Assembly: GCA_965648905.1 (NCBI GenBank) | Contig: CBFGIT010000022.1 | Span: forward strand, 1-43,292 | Length of the DNA: 43,292 nucleotides | Direction of reading: 5' to 3' | Origin: a candidate division WOR-3 bacterium | GTDB lineage: Bacteria; Hydrothermota; Tepidihabitantia; Tepidihabitantales; Tepidihabitantaceae | Shown here: in pieces, positions 18,182-28,521 of the stretch | Layout of the letters: every line of letters starts with the position of its first letter | How positions within the stretch are numbered: the stretch's first letter is position 1 | Program-made: the position numbers and the translations under genes | Notes under the pieces: model-generated | Told to the model about the DNA's origin: nothing | Databases searched by the model: none | The model's input: the letters and a program-made list of their open reading frames with translations, nothing else

Positions 18182-19506
18182 AGACAGGCTCCTTTCAGGA
18201 ATCCTTCAATGTATGCGTATTCGGGCGTGAGCCGGCCCTGGTGGAGAATCAGGGCCCGGCGTACCGGGCCAGGCAGGTCAAGCCGGTCAAGCGGCTGGGA
18301 GAAGTCAGTCCGGGCCAAAACGGGCACGAACGGCATCAGTGCTGCTCCGAACTCACGCGAAGAGTCAAACGGCAGCTCACAGGGTAGGTTGTCAACCGCC
18401 ATGATGGTGATGCCCGGGCCATCGAGTCCGTCCTGCACCTTGCTCGTGGCCGGGTCGAACGTGAAAAACGGCTGGCCCGGTTCAGTCGCCTTGACCGTGG
18501 CCTCGATTGAACCTTCGATGTCGCACGATATGTCGCCGATAATCGCCAGTCGGGGCCGGTTCGAGAACGCCGCTGCCAGCCAGTTTCTAGTCACGAGTCG
18601 CGGGTAACGGCTGTCCCAGTAGACGCAGTTGGCCAAAGCAGTCAGGTAGGGTAGGTATTCTTCGAACCTCGACCGGTACAGCTCAGGCTGACGGAAAAAC
18701 TCCTTCAGGTCGAACCGGTGCCCAAGCTCGCGCGGCTCGACCGTGTGCTCTTCGCGGAACATGACGCGGTAGACCGCGCGCCGGTCTCCGTCGGCGGCCA
18801 GAGACGGCAGGCCCACAGGTTCGACCTCGGTTGCCTTAAGGGCATCGAGGATTTCCCACGCGCCTTTGCCCACGTGGCCGTACCCGGTCACGCCGATGAC
18901 CAACGGATTCAGCTCCTCAGGCAGACCCTGCTCGACAATCTCGCGACCGACCTCGGCAACTGCCGCCTTGGCCAGTTCGACCCGGCCGTACTCGTGGGCA
19001 AGGCGGATGCGGGCGAAAGGGGTGTCCAAGCCACGCCGCTTCAGCCGCTGGCCCAACCCGCAGAGCGTATCGACCATGCCGGCAATGCCCGCGAACCGAC
19101 CGAAGAAGACCAGCCGGCGGCCCGAGTCGTCCGTGACCTTTTCGTAGTCTACAAGCGAGCAGCCCAGTTCCATCATCCGTGCAAGCATCGGCATATTGTG
19201 CGGCTGGCCTTTGATGACGTGGGCGAAAAAGGCATAGGTCTGCCCGGCTCGAAACGCCGCAACCGGAACCTCTTTCACGCCCAGCACCAACCCGCAGTCA
19301 GGGATGTCGTCGGCCACCTCGGCCCCAACTTCGCGGAACTCGTCATCGGAAAAGACCCGGATAACGGAATGCTGGACCGTGAAGTCAAGACCATGCTCGC
19401 CGATGAGCTGGCCGACCTGTTCCGGAATCAGCGGCGAGCGTCGCTCCCAGATGTTCTTGTCTTCGCGCCGGATGCCGACGCGGGTTGCGCTTCTCTTGCG
19501 AGTCAT
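18178..19506 (-). CDS. lysine-ketoglutarate reductase (AASS LKR domain-like)
   Basis: GIRREDKNIWERRSPL, GVKE, HVIKGQ.HNMPML, DYE, FGRFAG.AG, YWDSRYPRLVT, DISCD..GSIE, VDNLP. Confidence 0.9.
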   Translation of the reverse strand: MTRKRSATRVGIRREDKNIWERRSPLIPEQVGQLIGEHGLDFTVQHSVIRVFSDDEFREVGAEVADDIPDCGLVLGVKEVPVAAFRAGQTYAFFAHVIKGQPHNMPMLARMMELGCSLVDYEKVTDDSGRRLVFFGRFAGIAGMVDTLCGLGQRLKRRGLDTPFARIRLAHEYGRVELAKAAVAEVGREIVEQGLPEELNPLVIGVTGYGHVGKGAWEILDALKATEVEPVGLPSLAADGDRRAVYRVMFREEHTVEPRELGHRFDLKEFFRQPELYRSRFEEYLPYLTALANCVYWDSRYPRLVTRNWLAAAFSNRPRLAIIGDISCDIEGSIEATVKATEPGQPFFTFDPATSKVQDGLDGPGITIMAVDNLPCELPFDSSREFGAALMPFVPVLARTDFSQPLDRLDLPGPVRRALILHQGRLTPEYAYIEGFLKGACL

Positions 19507-19514
19507 GAAACCCA

Positions 19515-19543
19515 ATGATAGAGTCTCAGAGCGCCGGAGTCAA
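19515..19543 (-). promoter_or_regulatory. promoter of LKR-SDH
   Basis: TTGACT-17-TATCAT, 8 nt before ATG. Confidence 0.65.
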
Positions 19544-19578
19544 AACCCGCCGCGCGCTGCCGGGGTGAACTCAGTTGG

Positions 19579-20601
19579 TCAGCGGCTGACCGTGAGTCGG
19601 CCGGACGCGCTCCCGGCCGAACTGCTGAGGTACACGAAATAGACACCGGGCCGGATGCTGGAGAGGTTGAGCGGGAACGACGAAGCCCGAATGTCGACTG
19701 ATGAACTGATAACGAGGCGGCCGTCCGTGTCATAGACGCTGAGAACGAGAGGCGAAGAACGAAAGGCCAAAGGCGTCTTCACTGCCGCCCTGCCCCGGCA
19801 GGGATCCGGAGCAATGGTCAGGGTTGCGGGCCGGGTTGGATCAGTCGAGCTCGCTTCGGACAGTCCTGACACGGTCTGCCAGGCAGCGTTCTGCAGAAAC
19901 ACGGCCTGCGTCGAATCAAGCCCGGCACGGTAGGTGAGCCCGGTCGGGTCGGCGCCAAACAGGACGGCATAGAAGACGCACGCACCAAGGTAGGAGCCTT
20001 GAAGCGTGGCGTGGCACTCGTCCGGCTGGTGCAGTTGAATCAGCGTGTCAAGACTCTTGGCCAGGCGCCAGGCCCGGCCGACCGGTGCCATGCGGGCGCC
20101 GAGCTCGCCGGCAATCATCTCGTAGGACGCTGCGACCGAGTCCTGCATGTGGAAGTAGTCGCGGAAGACGATGCTTGAGTAGCCGGAGTAGCTGTGCTGA
20201 CCGCCGTTCTTCCAGCCCCAGGTCATGTAGAACATGGTCGCGCCCCGGTTCTCCCGGATGAGCGAGTCGAGCAAGCGTGAAGCCGGGTACATGCCATTGA
20301 AGCGCCAGTAGTCGATGACCGGTATCTGGCTCTGCTCTTGAAGCACAACCACATCCCAGGTTGCCTGCTGAATCCTGCTCAACGTTGCTTCGGTGGTGCA
20401 GTGCTGCATCAGGGCATAGCCGCCGGGTGCGCTCAGGTCGGTTGCGAGCAGACGGCCACCAGCCACGGCCAGGCTTTCAACCATGCCCGGCACATTGTTG
20501 ACATAGGTGTGGCTGTTGCCGATGAAGAGTACGCGCAGGGTGTCGTCCGGTATCGACGGCTGAGCCGTGACCACGAGAGCGGCCATCAGGGCGACAAGCA
20601 T
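19579..20601 (-). CDS. secreted SGNH/GDSL-type hydrolase (DUF4886-like) with T9SS-type CTD
   Basis: FIGNSHT, LQEQS, DECH; C-terminal APDP...YDTDGRLV...GVYFV. Confidence 0.82.
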   Translation of the reverse strand: MLVALMAALVVTAQPSIPDDTLRVLFIGNSHTYVNNVPGMVESLAVAGGRLLATDLSAPGGYALMQHCTTEATLSRIQQATWDVVVLQEQSQIPVIDYWRFNGMYPASRLLDSLIRENRGATMFYMTWGWKNGGQHSYSGYSSIVFRDYFHMQDSVAASYEMIAGELGARMAPVGRAWRLAKSLDTLIQLHQPDECHATLQGSYLGACVFYAVLFGADPTGLTYRAGLDSTQAVFLQNAAWQTVSGLSEASSTDPTRPATLTIAPDPCRGRAAVKTPLAFRSSPLVLSVYDTDGRLVISSSVDIRASSFPLNLSSIRPGVYFVYLSSSAGSASGRLTVSR

Positions 20602-20662
20602 TGCGTCATCCTACTGGGGCAGACAGGTACGGTCGAGGGCCTGGAAACGGGCAGGCGGCTGC

Positions 20663-21673
20663 CTACGCTACCTTGACCGAGTGGCCGAGTGCGCCGACCA
20701 TCTGAATGGCATCGGCCTTGCAGACTTTGCGGCACTCGCCGCAGCCGATGCACTTGTCGGCGACGACCCGGTGCTGAACCCCGGCTTCGCCTTCGATGGC
20801 CTTGAACTTGCAGACCTTGACGCAGTCGCCGCACCCGGTGCAGTTGGGGTTGATGGTCGCCTTGGGCCGACCTTTGGCACGGTCGATGAACGACTTGGTC
20901 GGGCACTTGTGCACACAGATGCCGCAGTCAATGCACTTCTCGAAGTCCATGACCGGTAGGTTGTTGACCAGGATGAGTGCGCCGGTCGGGCAGTTCTTGA
21001 CACAGAGACCACAGGCGATGCAGCCAACCCGGCAGACGTCTTTGACCGCCTTGCCCTTATCGTGCGAGACGCAGGCGAGAAAGACCAGTTTGGTCCGGGG
21101 CAGGAGCATGAGCGTGGCCTTCGGGCACTCCTTTGTGCACTTACCGCAGCCGATGCACTTCTTCTCGTCAATCACCGGCAGGTTCTGGTCTCCCATCCGG
21201 ATGGCCGCAACCGGACAGACGGTGACACAGTGGCCGAGCCCGACGCAGCCGTAGGAGCAGGCTTTGGGCCCGCCGAGCAGCAGGGCCGCCTCGCGGCAGT
21301 CCTGCGCACCTTTGTAGACGAAGCGGTGCGGAGCCACGTCCTTGCCGCCGCGACAGATGAGGACCGCGACCTTGGGTTCGACCGCGCCCGCGTCTTGTCC
21401 CATGATTTCACCGATGGCGCGGGCAACGCTCGCGCCGCCGACCGAGCAGGAGTTGAGCGGGGCCGAGCCCGAGGCAACCGCGGCCGCATACCCGTCACAA
21501 CCCGGGAACCCGCACGCGCCGCAGTTAGCTCCGGGCAGGACCGCGCGAACCGCGGCCTCGCGTTCGTCGACCTTGACCGCGAGCTTGACCGAGGCGATGA
21601 CGAGCACGACCGCAATCACAAGTCCCAGCCCACCCAGTCCGGCAACGGCCTTGGCGACAAGTACCCAGTCCAT
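20663..21673 (-). CDS. rnfB: Rnf complex subunit B (polyferredoxin)
   Basis: TM anchor, LPGANCGACGFPGC, six further 4Fe-4S-type Cys motifs. Confidence 0.93.
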   Translation of the reverse strand: MDWVLVAKAVAGLGGLGLVIAVVLVIASVKLAVKVDEREAAVRAVLPGANCGACGFPGCDGYAAAVASGSAPLNSCSVGGASVARAIGEIMGQDAGAVEPKVAVLICRGGKDVAPHRFVYKGAQDCREAALLLGGPKACSYGCVGLGHCVTVCPVAAIRMGDQNLPVIDEKKCIGCGKCTKECPKATLMLLPRTKLVFLACVSHDKGKAVKDVCRVGCIACGLCVKNCPTGALILVNNLPVMDFEKCIDCGICVHKCPTKSFIDRAKGRPKATINPNCTGCGDCVKVCKFKAIEGEAGVQHRVVADKCIGCGECRKVCKADAIQMVGALGHSVKVA

Positions 21674-21676
21674 CGG

Positions 21677-22261
21677 CTAGAGCGAGATTCCGAACAAAGA
21701 GGTGAATCCGAGAAACGCGAGCGACACCAGCGACGCACCGACAAACGCGATCGGATAGCCTCGGAACGAAGGCGAGACTGGTGAGTCCTCAAGCCGCTCT
21801 CTGATGGCCGCGAACAGGATGATGGCCAGGGCGAATCCGAACGCGGTCCCGAGTGCGAAGAGCGACGACCTGACCAGGTCGAACCGATAGTCGATGTTCA
21901 GAAACGTGACGCCAAGGATGGCGCAGTTCGTGGTGATGAGCGGCAGGTAGATGCCGAGTGCCGAGTACAGGCCGCGGACATACTTCTTCAGAACCATCTC
22001 GACGAACTGCACCAGGCCGGCAATAACCAGGATGAAAACCGCGGTGCGCAGGAACACAAGTCCCAAGGGCAGAAGCAGGGCGTGATAGAGCAGCCACGAA
22101 ACCCAGGTCGCAAGCAGCATGACGAACAGGACCGCGGCACTCATCCCGACCGATGTGTCGAGTGCCGTCGATACGCCGAAGAACGGACACAGGCCGATGA
22201 AGCGCATCAGGATGATATTGTTCACGAGAAACGCGCCCATCAGTATCTTGGCCGGATTCAT
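21677..22261 (-). CDS. rnfA: Rnf complex subunit A
   Basis: NNIIL..FIGLCPF, LGIYLPLITTNCAILG. Confidence 0.95.
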   Translation of the reverse strand: MNPAKILMGAFLVNNIILMRFIGLCPFFGVSTALDTSVGMSAAVLFVMLLATWVSWLLYHALLLPLGLVFLRTAVFILVIAGLVQFVEMVLKKYVRGLYSALGIYLPLITTNCAILGVTFLNIDYRFDLVRSSLFALGTAFGFALAIILFAAIRERLEDSPVSPSFRGYPIAFVGASLVSLAFLGFTSLFGISL

Positions 22262-22270
22262 CTCCGCCTC

Positions 22271-22882
22271 CTATGCCTTGCTTGCGGTCATGCGGTTGAC
22301 CAGGGCCTTGAGGATGCCGATAAGGAAGAACGCCCCGGGCGGGAATATCATGAACAGCATCGGCGAGGCGCGGAACCAGGCCGGGGTCACAGCAAAGCCG
22401 AACCAGGTGCCGGCGGCAAATATCTCACGCAGACTGCCCATCACGAACATCACCAGAGCGTAGCCGACCGACTTGCCCAGGGCGTCGAGCAGCGAGTCGA
22501 ACACACCGTGGCCGTAGGCAAAAGCCTCGGCCCGGCCGAGGATGATGCAGTTGACGACGATGAGCGGCACGAACACGCCGAGCACGCGGTAAAGCGCCGG
22601 TTGATAGGCCTGGAGCACATAGTCGATGATTGTGACGAACGTCGAGATGACGATGATGAATATCGGGATGCGGACCGAAGCAGGGACGACCTTGCGGATT
22701 GCCGAGACCACGATGTTGGAGCCGATGAGCACAAACGAGGCGGCCGCAGCCATGCCCAGGGCGTCGCGGGCCGAGACGCTCGTCGCGAGAGTTGGACAGA
22801 GCCCGATCATCAGGATAAGGACCGGGTTCTCCTTGATGATGCCGGACACGAAGTACTGCCAACGGGATGGGGTGGTGCTCAT
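22271..22882 (-). CDS. rnfE: Rnf complex subunit E
   Basis: ENPV..GLCPTLA, PLIVVNCIILGRAE, PPGAF. Confidence 0.95.
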   Translation of the reverse strand: MSTTPSRWQYFVSGIIKENPVLILMIGLCPTLATSVSARDALGMAAAASFVLIGSNIVVSAIRKVVPASVRIPIFIIVISTFVTIIDYVLQAYQPALYRVLGVFVPLIVVNCIILGRAEAFAYGHGVFDSLLDALGKSVGYALVMFVMGSLREIFAAGTWFGFAVTPAWFRASPMLFMIFPPGAFFLIGILKALVNRMTASKA

Positions 22883-23412
22883 GGCTTCAGGTAGTGAAGG
22901 TACTGCTCTATCCCTTGGCGGACTCCATTGGTAATGGCCCGCGATGTAATGGTCGCCGCCGAGATCGCATCCAGGGTTCCGTTATCGCGCTTGAGCCGGA
23001 CCTGGTCAGTGACTTTGCCTCGGAACTGGTCGCGGAACCAACTCTCACGTGCCTTGAGCCCAAGTCCGGGAGTCTCCTTCATGTCCGCACCGATACCAAG
23101 ACCGGTGATGGTTCCGGTTGTGTCTATGCCGACCACAACGGTAATCGGCCCGCCATATCCGCGCGGGCTGGCCTTGAACACGATACCGACGCGAGTTCCG
23201 GCAGCGTCGTTTGCTGACCAGACCGTACTCGGCTCAAGCTCGGTGAAGGTACTTGCTTCAGGCATGACTTCGGAGAGCGACGACTCGAGCGCTTCGGCAG
23301 CCTGGCGCTCGATTGTCGGTCGGGTCACGGCGTAGACCTGGGCCAGAGCAAACGCGGCGATGATGCAGGTCAGAACCAGGGACAGGACCATCCAGGCTTT
23401 GCTCGTGGTCAT
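22879..23412 (-). CDS. rnfG: Rnf complex subunit G
   Basis: TM anchor, GYGGPI, ETPGLG, DAISAATITS FMN site; ATGA-coupled start at 23412. Confidence 0.93.
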   Translation of the reverse strand: MTTSKAWMVLSLVLTCIIAAFALAQVYAVTRPTIERQAAEALESSLSEVMPEASTFTELEPSTVWSANDAAGTRVGIVFKASPRGYGGPITVVVGIDTTGTITGLGIGADMKETPGLGLKARESWFRDQFRGKVTDQVRLKRDNGTLDAISAATITSRAITNGVRQGIEQYLHYLKP

Positions 23413-24452
23413 TGCTTCTTCTTTCGGGGCAGAGCACCGAACAGGCGCGGTCGGGTGAACCGGTCGATAAGCGGCGTGGCGACGTTCATGAGCAGAATCG
23501 AATAGGAACACCCTTCAGGATAGCCGCCATACAGCCGAATGAGCATGGTGATGATGCCGCAGCCGATGCCGAAGATGACCCGTCCCTTGGCGGTGACCGG
23601 CGAGGTGACGTAGTCGGTGGCCATGAAAAACGCCCCAAGGATGACGCCGCCGGAGAGAAGATGAAACCAGGGCGCCATCGGGTTACCGGGCAGAATCAGG
23701 GACAATCCAAGAACCGTGCCCAGATAGGCGGCAGGGATGCGCCAGTCAATCACCCTGACGGCAATGAGCAGGGCAGCACCGATGAGCAGGAGCAGGGCCG
23801 ATGTCTCGCCCAGACAGCCGCCGACATTGCCGAGGAAGAGTCGCTTGAGCATAGGCAGGGAATTGGCCTGGCGGACGACTTCAGCCACCGAGTCCTCCGG
23901 CACGTACTCGGCCGCACGACGCACCAGGGCAAGCGGCGTGGCCCCGGAGATTGCGTCGAGCCCGGAAAGCGACCCGCCCCGAGGCGCAAGCCACATCGAG
24001 GTCATCTGGGTGGGCCACGAGACGACAAGGAAAGCACGTGCGGCCAGGGCCGGGTTGATGAAGTTATGTCCCAGGCCGCCGAAGAACTGCTTGACCACCA
24101 CCATGGCAAAGGCCGCGCCGACCACCGGAACCCACCACGACACGCCGGGCGGCAGGTTGTAGGCAAGTAGCAGACCGGTGATCACCGCGCTGCCGTCAGT
24201 CGGCGTAAGCTCGCGGCCGAACGCCAGTTGGGCCAGAGTATCGAAGACCACCGCCGAGACAACGCTGAGGGCAACGAGCCATAGCGCCTTGAGACCAAAG
24301 AAGTAGACCGAGCCGCCGAGCGCAGGCAACAAGGCGATGACCACGGCCCACATGATCTTCTTCACGGTCACGGACGAACGGACATGGGGCGAAGCGGCAA
24401 CAACCAGACGCCGTTCACCGTTCGCCATTCGCCCTTCGCTGTTCGCGCTCAT
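23409..24452 (-). CDS. rnfD: Rnf complex subunit D
   Basis: SPHVR, KQFFGGLGHNFINPAL, SGATPL FMN site, FMATDYVTSP; ATGA-coupled start at 24452. Confidence 0.95.
   Translation of the reverse strand: MSANSEGRMANGERRLVVAASPHVRSSVTVKKIMWAVVIALLPALGGSVYFFGLKALWLVALSVVSAVVFDTLAQLAFGRELTPTDGSAVITGLLLAYNLPPGVSWWVPVVGAAFAMVVVKQFFGGLGHNFINPALAARAFLVVSWPTQMTSMWLAPRGGSLSGLDAISGATPLALVRRAAEYVPEDSVAEVVRQANSLPMLKRLFLGNVGGCLGETSALLLLIGAALLIAVRVIDWRIPAAYLGTVLGLSLILPGNPMAPWFHLLSGGVILGAFFMATDYVTSPVTAKGRVIFGIGCGIITMLIRLYGGYPEGCSYSILLMNVATPLIDRFTRPRLFGALPRKKKQ
24412..24446. repeat. five heptamer units inside the rnfD 5' end
   Basis: cgttcac cgttcgc cattcgc ccttcgc tgttcgc. Confidence 0.75.
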
Positions 24453-25756
24453 CGCTTCGCCATCGCGGCCAGCTCGGACTTGGCGTACTTGAACCGGTGC
24501 ACGAGCCGAATCCGGGCCGGGCAGACCCAGGCGCAGCAGCCGCACTCGATGCAGTCGGTCACGTGCTCTTTCTTCGCGTCGTCGAACCGGCGGCGCTTGA
24601 TGAGATTAGCAAGACGCTGGGGCGCCAGCCCCATCGGACAGGCGTAGATGCAGCGGCCGCACCGAATGCAGTCGTGTTCATCAAAGACCGCAGCCTTCTG
24701 CTCGAGCACGAGCACGCCCGAAGTGCCCTTGAGTACCCAGGCCTCATCTGACGGTACGGCAATGCCCATCATCGGCCCGCCCATGATGAGTTTGCCGGTT
24801 TCGCCCGAGTAGCCGCCGCAGAACTCAATCAGATTCTTCACCGGCGTGCCGATGCGGACGCGAAGGTTCTTCGGCTCCCTGACGCCCGGGCCGGTAACAG
24901 TCGTCACGCGCTCGTATAGCGGTCGATTGTATCTGAGCGCCTCCCAGACTGCGACCGCGGTCCCGACGTTCTGCACCACACACCCGACGTCCAAGGGCAG
25001 ACCGCCCGATGGAACCTCACGCCTTAGACAGGCCTTGATGAGCTGCTTCTCTGCGCCCTGCGGATACTTGGTCTTGAGTCTACGGACGACGAAGCCCGAG
25101 TCGGGCGCGGCCGCGGCGAGGGCATCGATTGCGTCGGGTTTGTTGTCCTCCACGGCGACGATGACGTTCTTCACTCCGAGGGCGCGGGCGAGAATCCGGG
25201 TTCCCTCGACGACCGCGGCCGGCTGCTCGAGCATGACCCGGTGGTCGGCAGTGAGATACGGCTCACATTCACAGCCGTTGATGAGCAAGGTGTCGATCGG
25301 CTTGTCCTTGGGCGGCGAGAGTTTGAAAAAGGTCGGGAATGCTGCACCACCCAGGCCGACAATACCCGCGGCTTTGATGGTTTCGATTACCTGTTCCGGG
25401 CTGAAGTCGGAATAGTCACGCTCGCCAATTGCCGGGTCGAGTTCGTCCTTGCAGTCTGAGTCGATGACCACGGTCGGCCCCCGTTTGCCGGTCAGGGGAT
25501 GCGGGAGGTCTGCGACCTCGGCGACCGTACCCGAGACCGAGGCGTGGGTCGGGACCGAAATGCGGCCGGCCGGCTCGCCGACTAGCGCGCCGGTTCTCAC
25601 CACGTCGCCTTTCTGCACGACCGGCTTTGACGGCGCGCCGGTGTGCTGCGACATCGGGATATAGACCCGCGAGGGAAGAGGAAGCGTCTCAATCGGCCTG
25701 TGCTCAGTGGCTTCCTTGTGCTCACGGGGATGGACTCCGCCGCGAAAAGTGAACAT
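24449..25756 (-). CDS. rnfC: Rnf complex subunit C
   Basis: TFRGGVHP, GLGGAAFPT, ECEPYLTAD, YPQGAEK, GGPMMG, two CxxCxxCxxxCP. Confidence 0.96.
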   Translation of the reverse strand: MFTFRGGVHPREHKEATEHRPIETLPLPSRVYIPMSQHTGAPSKPVVQKGDVVRTGALVGEPAGRISVPTHASVSGTVAEVADLPHPLTGKRGPTVVIDSDCKDELDPAIGERDYSDFSPEQVIETIKAAGIVGLGGAAFPTFFKLSPPKDKPIDTLLINGCECEPYLTADHRVMLEQPAAVVEGTRILARALGVKNVIVAVEDNKPDAIDALAAAAPDSGFVVRRLKTKYPQGAEKQLIKACLRREVPSGGLPLDVGCVVQNVGTAVAVWEALRYNRPLYERVTTVTGPGVREPKNLRVRIGTPVKNLIEFCGGYSGETGKLIMGGPMMGIAVPSDEAWVLKGTSGVLVLEQKAAVFDEHDCIRCGRCIYACPMGLAPQRLANLIKRRRFDDAKKEHVTDCIECGCCAWVCPARIRLVHRFKYAKSELAAMAKR

Positions 25757-25768
25757 TAGACGGCGGGA

Positions 25769-25796
25769 ATTGTATCCTGTGCAGTAGCCAAGTCAA
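25769..25796 (-). promoter_or_regulatory. rnf operon promoter
   Basis: TTGACT-16-TACAAT, 12 nt before ATG, no SD. Confidence 0.7.
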
Positions 25797-25895
25797 GAAG
25801 ACGCCCGCACCGGAATCCGAAACTCAACCAGACTGGGTCCTACAAGGCGGACGGCGAGAAGCTGAAGGCGAACGGCTCCTGCCTGCTAGATTGGC

Positions 25896-26269
25896 CTACG
25901 ACAAGTTCGAGCTCGGACCGCGGACTTCAGCACTGGCCGAAAGGCCAAGCAGCTCGGTTGGCTTAACCGTGACCTCGAACTTGGTGCCCAAAGACTGCGC
26001 CGCGCTCGCCGCCGCGACCAGCCGCTGCTCCAGCACCGCAAGCCCTTGATTCAGGTCTCCGGCCGCGTTAGGCAAAACGACAATCGCCACCGACGCCGCC
26101 CCGGCCGCGAACTTCTCCTTCACGGTCGTTCCGCCGGCCAGCACCTTCCGCCACGCCTCGACCCGGCTGTGAATGGCAGAAGCCGGACAACTCACGCCCG
26201 ACCTTCGGTCGGTGTCTTATCGGCTGACGGTGACAGCTCCTCTTTGCAGAAACAGGATGTCTTCGGCAC
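25896..26269 (-). pseudogene. possible frameshifted or degenerate small gene (25-aa ORF 26269-26192 plus 99-aa ORF 26195-25896)
   Basis: promoter TTGACT(26304)-17-TAGAAT, 6 nt before GTG 26269; GTGA overlap between the two ORFs; no recognisable family. Confidence 0.3.
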
Positions 26270-26442
26270 GGGGCGATTCTACTTAGGATGCAGGGGGAAG
26301 TCAACACGTCGCGTTGCCCATCAGAGCCGGTGGGCTGCCAGCCCTGAGGCTGCCTGCCGAAGTCCGAATCTACCCTCCGTATTCCTTATGGCTCATTGAA
26401 CCCGAGCCGCACCGGCCCGGGCTATGACGAAGTCTAAGAGTT

Positions 26443-28521
26443 ATGAACCGTCTTGCCGCGGAGGCCAGTCCTTACCTCCGCGACCATGCCGGTAATCCGG
26501 TTGACTGGTATCCCTGGGGCGATGAGGCGTTGACCCGGGCCCGGGCCGAGGACAAGCCCATCTTCCTTTCCATCGGTTACTCAGCCTGTCACTGGTGCCA
26601 TGTGATGGCACACGAATCGTTCTCTGACGAGAACGTCGCCGCCATTCTGAACCGGAACTTCATCTGCATCAAGGTTGACCGCGAGGAACGACCCGACCTT
26701 GACGAAATCTACGTTGAGGCGGTGCGCCTGATGACCGGAACCGCGGGCTGGCCGCTGTCGGTCTTCCTGACTCCGGAACTCAAGCCCTTCTACGGCGGCA
26801 CCTATTTCCCGCCGGTCGAACGGCACGGTCTGGCCGCGTTCGAGCGTGTGCTGACCTCGGTCCTGCACTACTTCCGCACCGAACGCCACGAGATAGACGA
26901 AGCCTCCAACCGCGTGACCGCCGAGCTCAGCCGGCTGTCGATGCTGACGCCGGAACAGGGTGCGCTCGACGATACGCCGCTGCATCGATTCTACGAGCAA
27001 CGGCTCGAGGTGTTCGATTCCGAGCACGGCGGATTCGGGGTCGCGCCCAAGTTCCCCAATCCGACCGACCTGTCGCTTCTGCTCCGCCTCAGCTCCCGGC
27101 CCGGGTTTGACCAGGCACGCGCCATGGCCGAGCTGACCCTCAGGAAGATGGCGGACGGCGGAATCTGCGACCAGCTTGGCGGCGGGTTTCATCGCTACTC
27201 AACCGACACGGTCTGGCTGGTTCCCCATTTCGAGAAGATGCTCTACGACAATGCCCTGCTCGCCCAGGTCTACCTGCAGGCATTCCGTCTGACCGGAGAT
27301 GAGTTCCACAAGGTCGTGGCCGAACAGACCCTCGACTACATCAGACAGGAGCTTGCCTCTGAACAGGACGGTTTCTGCTCTTCTCAGGATGCCGACATTG
27401 CCGGTGCTGAGGGCGGTTACTACACGTGGACCGAATCTGACCTGCGTCAGGCAGTCGGGCCGGACCTGTTCGGACTGGCCGCAGACTACTACGGGGTGAG
27501 CCGGTCAGGAGTCTTCGGCGGCGCAAGCGTACTCCACGTCTCAACCCCGGTCGAAGTGTTGATGCAGCGCCATCGGCTTGGCCTAGACGAGCTCTGGCAG
27601 CGCCTGGCTGAAATCAGGTCGAAGCTCCTGCTCTACCGTGCGCTGCGACCGGCTCCGCACCGCGACACCAAGCTGCTGGCCGACTGGAACGGACTGGCCA
27701 TCTCCGCGTTCAGCCATGGGGCCCGGACGTTGGAGAAGAACTGCTACCTTGATGTCGCCCGCCAGACCGCGGACTTTCTGCTGAACGAGTATGCGCTGGA
27801 TGGCGACCTGCTCCACTTTCGAAGGGCCCCTCTTCCCGACATCCCCGGGCAGTTGTCTGATTACGCCCTCGTCGCCCAGAGTCTGCTCGACCTGTTTGAT
27901 GCCGGTCACGAGCTACGCCACCTTGAGGCGGCCGGCCGTCTGATTGACCGGATGCTTGAGCTGTTCTTTGCTCCGGAGGGCGGATTCTACACCACACGAC
28001 CGGGCGATCGGGGCCTGATTACGCGGGTGATGAACGGGTTTGACGGTGCGGTTCCATCGGGTAACTCGGTTGCGGTCTTAAGCCTGCTCCGGCTCGCACG
28101 TCTGACCGGCAGCAACGAGTACGAGCGGGCTGCGGCCCTCACTCTGCGCCGGTTCTACCCCACCATGCTCGACTACCCGACCGGCTTCTCGCGGATGCTT
28201 TCCGGCCTCGACCTCCTACTTAACCCGGGAAAGGAAACCGTGCTCTTCGTACCTGAGCCCGGGCCCGAATCTCGTGCCATGGTCCGGGTTCTTGAAACTG
28301 CGGTCGACGCCAACCCAACCGCAGTAGTTGTCTCAGGAGCCGAACCAGACCCGGCCACCGCCCGTCTAATACCTTTGACCCGGGCCCGACATGCGTTGAA
28401 TGGCCGGCCCACCGCCTATGTCTGCACCGGCTTCACCTGTCACGAGCCGGTCTTCGATGCCGAGTCATTTCGACTGCTGCTCAACCAGGAACAGCCCGAG
28501 CCTCAGTCCGGGCGCGCTTGA
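26443..28521 (+). CDS. YyaL/SPATA20-family thioredoxin-domain protein
   Basis: [40 protein letters not shown]. Confidence 0.93.
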   Translation: MNRLAAEASPYLRDHAGNPVDWYPWGDEALTRARAEDKPIFLSIGYSACHWCHVMAHESFSDENVAAILNRNFICIKVDREERPDLDEIYVEAVRLMTGTAGWPLSVFLTPELKPFYGGTYFPPVERHGLAAFERVLTSVLHYFRTERHEIDEASNRVTAELSRLSMLTPEQGALDDTPLHRFYEQRLEVFDSEHGGFGVAPKFPNPTDLSLLLRLSSRPGFDQARAMAELTLRKMADGGICDQLGGGFHRYSTDTVWLVPHFEKMLYDNALLAQVYLQAFRLTGDEFHKVVAEQTLDYIRQELASEQDGFCSSQDADIAGAEGGYYTWTESDLRQAVGPDLFGLAADYYGVSRSGVFGGASVLHVSTPVEVLMQRHRLGLDELWQRLAEIRSKLLLYRALRPAPHRDTKLLADWNGLAISAFSHGARTLEKNCYLDVARQTADFLLNEYALDGDLLHFRRAPLPDIPGQLSDYALVAQSLLDLFDAGHELRHLEAAGRLIDRMLELFFAPEGGFYTTRPGDRGLITRVMNGFDGAVPSGNSVAVLSLLRLARLTGSNEYERAAALTLRRFYPTMLDYPTGFSRMLSGLDLLLNPGKETVLFVPEPGPESRAMVRVLETAVDANPTAVVVSGAEPDPATARLIPLTRARHALNGRPTAYVCTGFTCHEPVFDAESFRLLLNQEQPEPQSGRA

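Noticed and set aside
20663..21673. RnfB with many Fe-S clusters as a novelty
   Set aside because: polyferredoxin-type RnfB and the rnfCDGEAB order are already known from anaerobes such as Acetobacterium woodii
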